From the NCBI GenBank assembly GCA_034408725.1, contig JAWXCN010000217.1, positions 1-22,948 on the forward strand: a stretch of DNA of 22,948 nt, in the 5' to 3' direction. Below the pieces are notes generated by a model, which had not been told where the DNA came from, ran no database searches, and saw nothing but the letters and a program-made list of their open reading frames with translations. This stretch comes from Candidatus Hydrogenedentota bacterium. Lineage in GTDB: Bacteria > Hydrogenedentota > Hydrogenedentia > Hydrogenedentales > SLHB01. The translations under genes were made by a program, and so were the position numbers. Shown piece by piece: positions 1 through 7,727 of this stretch (position 1 is its first letter; each line of letters opens with the position of its first letter).

Positions 1-1
1 A

Positions 2-103
2 GCGGAGCAGGTTCGGAATTGCGATTGCGGCGATGATCGCGATGATCGCAACGACGATCATCAATTCGATCAGGGTAAATCCAGAATTCTTACGCAGTTT
101 CAT
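2..103 (-). CDS. Type IV pilin / prepilin-type N-terminal cleavage-methylation domain protein (5' part only, runs off the window)
   Basis: Manual translation (absent from the ORF track): MKLRKNSG^FTLIELMIVVAIIAIIAAIAIPNLLR, a class III signal peptide G|FTLIE followed by a hydrophobic helix. SD AGGAGG on the minus strand at 113-118. Confidence 0.93.
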   Translation of the reverse strand, partial: MKLRKNSGFTLIELMIVVAIIAIIAAIAIPNLLR

Positions 104-191
104 TGTCGATACCCTCCTAAAGGTGTTTCGGTTGTCCACGATCCGGTGTGTGATACCGGATCGATTCACTCAAACTATCCGCAACGGTATA

Positions 192-208
192 GGCAACCCG
201 CATGCCAA
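192..208 (-). promoter_or_regulatory. Putative sigma54 (-24/-12) promoter of the pilin gene
   Basis: Minus strand reads TTGGCATGCGGGTTGCC: GG-N10-GC spacing, matching TGGCAY-N5-TTGC, about 90 nt upstream of the ATG. Confidence 0.75.
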
Positions 209-815
209 ACTATTGCCATGCCGGGTAACTAATTGCAGCGGGAAGGGTTATGTCAATATTGGCGAGGATTGTAGATGCTCAAAAAAGTACAGAGCGCGTA
301 GTTCTACGACAATTTTGGTCGCGTGGTGCATCACGGGACCGGCAAATGTAGCTCAAGGACCGGCAGTCTCGAATTTGGAAACTCATGCTTGGGCCGTGCA
401 ACGATTTGCAGATTGCTTTTTGTCTATCTGACGAATATCCGTCGAATTCCATTTGCCACCTGACGCCGAGAATTCACACTACGCTCAAGATTCTTCCTGC
501 TTCCATTCCGTCTTCCTTTAAGTTTCTACCACTCTTGGATGCTGATTCTGCATTTCGGATCGTTGCACAAAAACTGAGGCCAATTGTAACGACGTGGAGA
601 TGGAGTCTATACGAATGCCGTCAAGCGCACGGCGGCGAATACTACACAAGACTATGGTGTATACAGGCGATTCGTATTCCGCCGGCAAACATTAAAATGC
701 GCGCTTAGGCCGGCGTGCGCGCATTCCGATGCAAGTATTCTCTCCTGCCTTGCAGCAAATATTTTTGCCTGCGATCCGCTGTGGCTCTCGTAGTCCACTT
801 ACGGTTCCTGCCGCA

Positions 816-831
816 TGGCACGGTTCTGGCT
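816..831 (+). promoter_or_regulatory. Putative sigma54 (-24/-12) promoter of the EPS operon
   Basis: TGGCACGGTTCTGGCT: TGGCAC-N5-TGGC with GG-N10-GC spacing and one mismatch to TTGC. Lies about 50 nt before ATG 882, which has an SD-like GGAGAGGT. Confidence 0.65.
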
Positions 832-881
832 ATAAGGAAGTCGCGTTACGTGGGTGACGCGGCGGAATGGAGAGGTGACCG

Positions 882-1837
882 ATGCTGTCTGAATTACCAG
901 GGGTCGTGAGTATGCCCAATGCAGATCACGAATCAATTCCACTGTTATCCGAAGGGACGAATCCCGTGTTTGCGCTTGTATCGATCCTTCCGAAAAGCAT
1001 GTCCAAATCAACTCCGAGCGATCCGCGAAATGTGGTAGCGCGCATTACACGCGCATCGGCCGGCGCGGCGATGTTCATTGTGATGCAAGTATGCACTGGT
1101 TGCTTGACCACCCCGCCGTCATCGGAGTCATTTCCCGTGGCGTCGGAACCGAAAGTGGTTTTACAACCTGGCGACGTGCTGCAGGTGAAGTTCCTGTACT
1201 GGCCGGAACTGAATGAAGAAAAGCAGGCGATTCGTCCCGTGGAAAGATTTCGCTGCAACTTGTTGGCGATGTTCAAGCCGAAGGGCGCACCCCGGATGAA
1301 TTGCGCACCGAACTTTTAACCATCTATCAAGACAAGCTGATTGAACCGGAAATAGCCGTTGTCGTGAACTCTCTGGACAGCCATCGCGTATATATCGGTG
1401 GCGAAGTGATGCAACCTGGCCTTGTCATGATCAACGGCCGCCTCAGTGCGTTGGAAGCGATCATGCAAGCAGGCGGGTTCAAGAAGCAAAGCGCGAAGAT
1501 GGCAAGCGTCGTGGTTATCCGGCAGCGCGAAGGCAAACAGTACGCCCAGTCGATTGACCTGCGCAGCGCGATTGAATCGCCAGAGAGCAAACCGTTTCTG
1601 CTTGAACCGTATGACATCGTGTTTGTGCCGCGATCCAACATTGACCAAATCGATCAGTGGGTGGATCAGTACATCAACCAGATTGTTCCGCGGTCCGTGC
1701 ATTACAGCTTCAGCCATGAGGTCAATCCTCCTGAGTATTCCAACGGCAATAGCGGCGTTGCGTCGCAATTGCTGAACAACATTGGGACCATCAACTCGGC
1801 GATGCCGCGCCTGGGAGAACTCCAATCAGCCAGGTAA
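882..1837 (+). pseudogene. wza: Polysaccharide export protein (Wza/OPX, poly_export + SLBB) split by a 1-nt deletion near 1239/1240 (real mutation or sequencing error)
   Basis: The first frame gives a possible lipobox (VCTGC) and LQPGDVLQVKF...LNEEKQAIRP. The -1 frame continues GKISLQLVGDVQAEGRTPDELRTEL...VYIGGEVMQPG...LEAIMQAGGF...LEPYDIVFVPRS. Adding one A (ccc gAt gga) restores RPDGKISL. Start could be 882, 912 or 999. Confidence 0.85.
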
Positions 1838-3408
1838 TGAACAATTCATTGCGCGACCTGCTGTACATGGCATTTCGCCACAAGACGAAGATCATGTCGG
1901 TTTTCGTGGTCGTGATGGGCGTGGTGGTCTTGTACACCTATCTTGTGCAGGAGATCTACCGGTCCGACGCAAAAATCCTGATTCGTCTCGGGCGAGAGAA
2001 CCTGTCGGTTGACCCCACCGTTTCCGGCCCGACGCTGTTTCCGTCGCGGGATCGCGCAAATGAAGTGAATTCCGAACTGTCGATCATCAAGAGCCGGGCA
2101 ATCGCGGAAAAGGTCGTCGACGAGATTGGACCGGCGGCATTTCTTGAGAAGCCCGATGAAACTGCCAACATCGAGCCCATATCCCCATCGATGAAAGAGG
2201 CGCAGCAGGAGTTACGCAAGGTCCGGAGGGAAGTTCGCGAAGTGGAGGAGAAAGGAAAGGGGTTGCTCGTCGCGCTTGACCTGACTACGCCGCTGACTGC
2301 ACGCGAGCGGGCTGTTAAGACGCTGATGGATAACCTAGACGTGAGCGTGGAAGCGAAAACAGACATCATCGCATTGTCTTTCGACGCGCCGAGCCGGCCG
2401 TTGGCGCAACGCACGCTCGAACTTCTTCTCACACGCTACCTTGAAGAGCATATCAGGGTGCACTCCGCGCAGGCCACGCCACAGTTCTTCGAGCAGCAAA
2501 CGGAAGAGTTCCGAAACATTCTCGATGACCGCGAAAAAAAGCTTGACACGTTCCGCCGTGAGTTTGGCATTACGACAATGGAACGGCAGAAGGAAGTCCT
2601 CCTGAACCAAATCAGTGGTCTCGAAGCGCAGCTTTCCAATACGCAGGCCAATGCAATGGCGGCGGCCCGGCGAGTCACCGCGCTGGATGGCTCGCTCAAA
2701 GGAAGATCAAAGACACTTGAGGTAAGCCGCACGACGGGTGTAACCAACTTTGCCGCAGACGCATTGAAGGAAAAATTGCTCGACCTGCGCCTGCGTGAGA
2801 CGGACCTTGCCGCGCGGTATCCTGAGACGCACCGGCCTTTGATTGACGTGCGCGGACAAATCGAGGAGGCGGAGTCCACGCTGGCCACGGAAAACGAAAC
2901 GCACACCGAAGTCACAACGGGTGTAGACGATACCTACCAGCAAGTGCAGCTTGCACTGGTCAATGAGCGCGCGAACATGGAGGCGTTGGGTGCGCAGCAG
3001 GCGTCGCTCCAGATCGAACTTGAGAAACAACGCGAAGGACTCGCAGCGCTGTCGAGCCGCGAAATCGAATTGCAAACCTTGGTGCGAGAAGTGGACCTTG
3101 CGGTGAAAGATTACGAGCAATATCGCGACAGTCTTCAGCGCGCCCGTATTTCGTCCGCACTGGATGTTGACAAGGTGTCCAACGTGGGTGTCGTTCAGCC
3201 GGCCACACTTCCGATGGCGCCGGTGCGGCCAAACAAACTGATCAATCTTTTTCTCGGCCTTTTTGTCGCGCTGTTTGCAAGCCTCAGCTTTGCGTTCATC
3301 CTGGATTACTTCGACGATTCGGTGAACACACCGCAACAGGTTGAGCGTTGGGTTGGCGTACCGGTCCTCGTGACGGTTTCCGAAAAGGAGTTTAGAGCAT
3401 GTATCTAA
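1837..3408 (+). CDS. Polysaccharide co-polymerase / chain-length determinant (GumC/Wzc membrane-periplasmic part, no fused kinase)
   Basis: N-terminal TM, SELSIIKSRAIAEKVV motif, long coiled coil, proline-rich VVQPATLPMAPVRPNK before the second TM, then YFDDSVNTPQQVE..GVPVL tail. TAATG overlap with wza. Confidence 0.9.
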   Translation: MNNSLRDLLYMAFRHKTKIMSVFVVVMGVVVLYTYLVQEIYRSDAKILIRLGRENLSVDPTVSGPTLFPSRDRANEVNSELSIIKSRAIAEKVVDEIGPAAFLEKPDETANIEPISPSMKEAQQELRKVRREVREVEEKGKGLLVALDLTTPLTARERAVKTLMDNLDVSVEAKTDIIALSFDAPSRPLAQRTLELLLTRYLEEHIRVHSAQATPQFFEQQTEEFRNILDDREKKLDTFRREFGITTMERQKEVLLNQISGLEAQLSNTQANAMAAARRVTALDGSLKGRSKTLEVSRTTGVTNFAADALKEKLLDLRLRETDLAARYPETHRPLIDVRGQIEEAESTLATENETHTEVTTGVDDTYQQVQLALVNERANMEALGAQQASLQIELEKQREGLAALSSREIELQTLVREVDLAVKDYEQYRDSLQRARISSALDVDKVSNVGVVQPATLPMAPVRPNKLINLFLGLFVALFASLSFAFILDYFDDSVNTPQQVERWVGVPVLVTVSEKEFRACI

Positions 3409-4430
3409 GTTATTACGGGTTCAGCAAAGAGCCATTCCACATTACGCCGGATCCTGAGTTCTTCTTTATGAGTCCGAGCCACAAAGAGGCGCTCGCCGCG
3501 GTGGTGTATGGGGTTGAAAAAGGCCTGGGCTTTGTCGCGATGACGGGCGAAGTGGGGACCGGGAAAACGACCATTTTGCGGGCGTATCTCGAACGTATCC
3601 GCCGTACGCGCATCCGCCCAATTTTTATGTTCAATCCCAACGTCACATTTGAGGCGCTGCTTGTACACCTACTGCGCGAGATGGGCATCGACGGCCGTGG
3701 GAAGTCCGAACGCTGGATGCTGCACTACCTGATGCGCTCGCTGGTCCACGAAGTGGGAAAAGACCGTCGCGTCGTCCTGATCATAGACGAAGCGCAACAC
3801 ATGCCGAACCAGACGCTGGAAAAGCTCCGTTTGATATCGAACCTCGAAACGATGGACTACAAGTTGATGCAGATTGTCCTCGTGGGCCAGCCCGAACTGG
3901 ACGTGAAGCTTGGCGATTACACGATGCGCCAGATTCGGCAGCGGGTCGCGGTGCGCGCAAAACTTCGCGCGCTGACACCAAAAGAAGGCATTGAATACAT
4001 CAAGCATCGTATGGCGCACGCTGGCGCAAACCCCGATAGCGTGTTTACCCCCGCGGCGATCAAAGCAATTGTAAAGGCGTCCGAAGGGTATCCCCGCGCG
4101 ATCAATATCCTCTGTGACAACGCGCTTGTTACCGGTTTGGGCTATCAATGCAAGCCGATTCCGCCGAAGATTGCGCGCGAGGTCATTCGTGAATTCCGCG
4201 GGGCGCGGCACCTGCCGAACCTTCGCTGGATTGGGGCGACTGCCGCTGGGGCGGCCATCGCATCGGCGGCATTTATGGCACCGATGTTTTGGAACCCGAC
4301 AACTTCCGAGGCCTCCGCAGCGCCGCATACAAATGTAGTGCATCCTGTTGAAAGCACGCAGGAAGTTGTGCGCACCGTCGAGCCAGTGGCGATGAAGCTG
4401 AACACCACCGGTTATGAGGTGGTTCAATGA
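3399..4430 (+). CDS. ExeA/GspA-family AAA ATPase (EPS-locus-associated type)
   Basis: MYLSYYGFSKEPFHITPDP N-terminus, Walker A GEVGTGKT, Walker B VLIIDEAQ, LVGQPEL, GYPRAINILCDNAL, and a C-terminal hydrophobic segment. Confidence 0.92.
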   Translation: MYLSYYGFSKEPFHITPDPEFFFMSPSHKEALAAVVYGVEKGLGFVAMTGEVGTGKTTILRAYLERIRRTRIRPIFMFNPNVTFEALLVHLLREMGIDGRGKSERWMLHYLMRSLVHEVGKDRRVVLIIDEAQHMPNQTLEKLRLISNLETMDYKLMQIVLVGQPELDVKLGDYTMRQIRQRVAVRAKLRALTPKEGIEYIKHRMAHAGANPDSVFTPAAIKAIVKASEGYPRAINILCDNALVTGLGYQCKPIPPKIAREVIREFRGARHLPNLRWIGATAAGAAIASAAFMAPMFWNPTTSEASAAPHTNVVHPVESTQEVVRTVEPVAMKLNTTGYEVVQ

Positions 4431-5149
4431 GCCGCATTTACGAAGCGCTGGAGTATGCCGGCCTTGCACCGGTCGAAGAACCGGCCAACGAAGTAGAAGT
4501 AAAACTTTCTCTTCCGCGACCGTTGCCGGCATTCGAGGAGAAGTTGCTTGGTCTGTTTCAGAGGATCGAAGGTTTGCTCGACAGCAGAAGTGGGAGAGTT
4601 GTTTCCTTTGCTGGGCTGAGCGATAGCGATGACAGCTCGACCTATGTGTTGGAGATGGCCCGTGTCGGAGCCAACCGGCTGAACAAGCGCGTACTGGTGT
4701 TGGCGACGTACCAATCCGGGTGCGCCAGGAAGTTACAAGAATGCGGACTGTCGAACGGATGGGAAGGAATTACCCACAGCGCCCGTTCGATCAATGAAGC
4801 CGTATTCCAGATTTCAGACCCGGCCATTGCGATCAGCCAGCTCACGACTTCAAAGGACAGCCTGTCCACCTTGCTTACGTCCCCGCGCTTCATGAACACG
4901 CTGCGACTGATGCGCAAACGGTACGACTGGATTCTTGTCGATACACCGGCGCTTGGCAATGGCCTTGACGCCGCGCTTGTATCGCCCATCGCAGACGGCA
5001 CTGTCGTTGTGGTCAATGCCGGCAAAACGCGCTGGCAAGTCATTCGGCACGCCGTGGATCAGATTGCGGCGCAGCAGGGGAACGTTCTTGGGGTCGCGTT
5101 GAACCGTCGGCGCTACATGATTCCCGATTTCATCTACCGGCAACTCTAA
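4427..5149 (+). CDS. CpsD/CapB-like BY-kinase-fold protein with degenerate Walker A/A'
   Basis: MSRIYEALE start, Walker B region YDWILVDTPA, ADGTVVVVNAGKTR, NVLGVALNRRRYMIPDFIY end. No GEGKS/T. ATGA overlap with the ATPase. Confidence 0.8.
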   Translation: MSRIYEALEYAGLAPVEEPANEVEVKLSLPRPLPAFEEKLLGLFQRIEGLLDSRSGRVVSFAGLSDSDDSSTYVLEMARVGANRLNKRVLVLATYQSGCARKLQECGLSNGWEGITHSARSINEAVFQISDPAIAISQLTTSKDSLSTLLTSPRFMNTLRLMRKRYDWILVDTPALGNGLDAALVSPIADGTVVVVNAGKTRWQVIRHAVDQIAAQQGNVLGVALNRRRYMIPDFIYRQL

Positions 5150-5178
5150 GTCACGCCGTCAGCAGGGGAGAACTAATC

Positions 5179-5700
5179 ATGGTTGCAAAACCACAAACCG
5201 ATTCCGCGTTGGTACGGCTGTACCGTTTAATGGCGCGCGTGCGCGAAGCCGAAAAGGCGCGGGCGACTGGTCTTTTGGCAGAAGACGCGTTTGAGGAGCA
5301 ACTGACGCTCGAACGCGCGCGCGCCGATCGTTCCGGTCAGCCGTTCGTTCTGATTATTTTCACGGTACACGGTGTCGATAACGAGGCGCAGGCCAACCTC
5401 GCCGAACGCGCATTGGCTGGAGCGCTATTCGAGCGCACGCGCATAAGCGATGCTAAAGGCTACTACGGAGGGCAGGTCGCGGCAATTCTTCCCTACACCA
5501 CGAAACACGATGCGGCCCACGTGCTCGATCCGCTCGATGGCGTATTCCGTAAACAACTCGCGGCAGAGGGCCTTCAAACGCTTCCGGGACCGCGGTTGTC
5601 CTTTGTCATCTATGAATACCCCGACGACGAACGGAAGCGGTCTGGCACGCGCGCCGTGCGCGGCCACGAATCAGTAGTGAGGTTGCACCATGTCTCCTAG
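5179..5700 (+). CDS. Degenerate GGDEF-like domain protein
   Basis: TGLLAEDAFEEQLTLERARADRSGQPFVLIIF resembles the GGDEF N-terminal helices. RISD-AKGYY-GGQVAAILPYT aligns with RxxD-x5-GGDEFxxLLPxT. SD GGGGAG upstream. Confidence 0.7.
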   Translation: MVAKPQTDSALVRLYRLMARVREAEKARATGLLAEDAFEEQLTLERARADRSGQPFVLIIFTVHGVDNEAQANLAERALAGALFERTRISDAKGYYGGQVAAILPYTTKHDAAHVLDPLDGVFRKQLAAEGLQTLPGPRLSFVIYEYPDDERKRSGTRAVRGHESVVRLHHVS

Positions 5701-6400
5701 TTACGAAATGGCGTTGAGGAATGACGATCCGCTAATGGTGGCCGCGATACAGCAACGCGAGGATGTATTGGCGGAATGTGGTCATGCGTTGTTTGCCCGG
5801 CCATTTCCGCTGTGGAAACGCGCAATGGACATTGCGGGCGCGTTGGCGGGCATCGCTGCATTTGGTCCAGTGATGATAGCGGTTGCGTTAATCATCAAAA
5901 TTACATCTCCAGGGCCAGTCCTGTTCACGCAAAAGCGGGGCGGCATGGCGGGGAAGGTGTTCGACCTTTACAAATTCCGCAGCATGTCGCTTGACGCGGA
6001 GGCGCGCAAAGCCGAGTTGATGAAATTCAACGAACGCAGCGGCGTTGCGTTCAAAATGACCAACGATCCACGCATTACGTCCGTGGGGAAATTCCTCCGC
6101 AAAACGAGTCTTGACGAATTGCCGCAACTTTTCAATGTGCTAAAAGGTGACATGAGTATTGTCGGACCGCGGCCATTGCCTGTCAGCGAAGAGGAAGCCT
6201 ATTCATTCTGGCACTGGCGAAGGGTGGACGTGAAGCCTGGCCTAACGTGCATCTGGCAGGTGACAAGCCGGCATGATAAAGATTTTGATCGCTGGGTTCG
6301 CCTCGACCTCGAATATATCCGAAAGCGTTCTTTGGTGCTCGATGTATCGCTCATCCTGCGCACCATTCCTGCAGTGTTGTTTCAGCGCGGCGCTCACTAG
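5690..6400 (+). CDS. Priming sugar (phosphoglycosyl) transferase, Bac_transf family, small form
   Basis: KRAMDI, SPGPVLFTQKRGG, LYKFRSM, NDPRITSVGKFLRKTSLDELPQLFNVLKGDMSIVGPRP, VKPGLT..WQV. Confidence 0.95.
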   Translation: MSPSYEMALRNDDPLMVAAIQQREDVLAECGHALFARPFPLWKRAMDIAGALAGIAAFGPVMIAVALIIKITSPGPVLFTQKRGGMAGKVFDLYKFRSMSLDAEARKAELMKFNERSGVAFKMTNDPRITSVGKFLRKTSLDELPQLFNVLKGDMSIVGPRPLPVSEEEAYSFWHWRRVDVKPGLTCIWQVTSRHDKDFDRWVRLDLEYIRKRSLVLDVSLILRTIPAVLFQRGAH

Positions 6401-6410
6401 CGGGTATCCG

Positions 6411-7727
6411 ATGGGACAGGCAGCGGAAATAGGTCTCGTATCCACAGGTCGCACGAATTGGCTGGCGCGCACGGCGGATTCCAATCCACTTATGTCCAGG
6501 GGGATGCTAAGTATTACCGACCAGATAATTGCCAGCGCGACGACGTTTCTTACGGGAGCAGTGATTGCTCGACTGTGCGCGAAAGAAGAGTTTGGGCTCT
6601 ATGCGTTGGGGTTTAGCCTGCTTGCATTGCTCATGACGCTCCAATCGTCGCTCATTACAACTCCCCTGATGATTGGCATGCCGCGGCTCGCCGGGGATTC
6701 ACTTCGCAGGTTTTCGGGCAGTTCTCTTCTGCACCAAGGCGTGTTCGGTATCGCAGCAACGATAGCCGTGCTAATCGCCGCGGCTTGTGTCTCTGCATGG
6801 AACCCTTCACTTGGGGTGACGCTCGCCGCTGTTGGCGCCGTACTTTCATTCCTGCTGCTTCGAGACTACATCCGCCAGGCATGCTTCGCACGGCTGGCCT
6901 TCGGGCAGGCGCTGGTTTCAGATATCGCGCTTGCCTTATTGCAGATCGGCGCACTGGGTCTGCTTGTATTCACTGGCACGTTAAACGCCGCAAGCGCGTT
7001 TATTGCGTTCGGTATATCCTGCGCGATTTCCTCCGCGTTTTGGCTGGCGCGCACGCGCTCTGAGCGTATCGTCGAACCCGGCGTGGCAGTGATAGATTTC
7101 CAACGCACATGGTCCTCCGGTAAATGGCTGGTGGCGAGTGGATTGGTCTGGGCGGTCAGCATGAACCTGTATGCGTGGATCGTCGCGGCGTTTCACGGCA
7201 CGGCTTCCGCTGGAGTATGGGCGGCTGCGTTTGGCGTGATGACGCTAGTTAACCCGCTTATGCTGGGTATACAAAATTTTCTTGGGCCGCGCATCCTTCA
7301 TGCATTGCCGCTGGGCGGCATTTCGATGCTGAGCCGCGTTGTGCGTGATTCTGCCGTCGTGTTTTGCGCCGCGCTCCTTGTATTCAGCATGTGCATGTGG
7401 TTTTTCGGCGATGCTCTCATTGCGAACATTTATGGCGCAAAGTATGCCGGCAACGGTTTACTGGTTTTTGTGCTTGCGCTGAATGCTTCTGTTTTGACAG
7501 TTGGATTCGCCGTGTCCCGGGGACTGTTCGCGCTCGAACTGGCACACACCGATTTTTACGTCAACCTGATTGCGTTTGTGTGCTTTCTGGCGCTTGGGGT
7601 TGCATTCGTCCGGGTTGCCGGCCCGCTTGGGGCTGCAATCGCGCAATTGCTGACCAACGCAGTCGCGTCCGGCGCGCGCGTTCTGGTTTTCGCGCGCCAT
7701 ACGCGGCTTGCCGGGGCGGCAGCATAG
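6411..7727 (+). CDS. wzx: Wzx-type oligosaccharide flippase
   Basis: Many hydrophobic segments, with DQIIASATTFLTGAVIARLCAKEEFGLYAL typical of MOP/PST flippases. Start set at ATG 6411, just after the upstream stop; the track start at 6273 overlaps the transferase. Confidence 0.82.
   Translation: MGQAAEIGLVSTGRTNWLARTADSNPLMSRGMLSITDQIIASATTFLTGAVIARLCAKEEFGLYALGFSLLALLMTLQSSLITTPLMIGMPRLAGDSLRRFSGSSLLHQGVFGIAATIAVLIAAACVSAWNPSLGVTLAAVGAVLSFLLLRDYIRQACFARLAFGQALVSDIALALLQIGALGLLVFTGTLNAASAFIAFGISCAISSAFWLARTRSERIVEPGVAVIDFQRTWSSGKWLVASGLVWAVSMNLYAWIVAAFHGTASAGVWAAAFGVMTLVNPLMLGIQNFLGPRILHALPLGGISMLSRVVRDSAVVFCAALLVFSMCMWFFGDALIANIYGAKYAGNGLLVFVLALNASVLTVGFAVSRGLFALELAHTDFYVNLIAFVCFLALGVAFVRVAGPLGAAIAQLLTNAVASGARVLVFARHTRLAGAAA

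Noticed and set aside
33-431. 132-aa + strand ORF (and ORFs 385-708, 715-909)
   Set aside because: The first is antisense to the pilin gene and spans its promoter. None has recognisable motifs or a convincing SD.
832-881. JUMPStart/ops element in the EPS leader
   Set aside because: GGCGGAATGG does not match ops (GGCGGTAG), and there is no JUMPStart consensus.
1301-1837. Independent 178-aa gene
   Set aside because: It is the C-terminal part of frameshifted wza; homology extends upstream of its TTG start to about 1241.
5640-5700. Frameshifted fusion of the GGDEF-like gene and the sugar transferase
   Set aside because: The downstream ATG has its own SD-like GAGG and no broken conserved motif is evident at the junction. 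Treated as two genes, though a fusion is not fully excluded.
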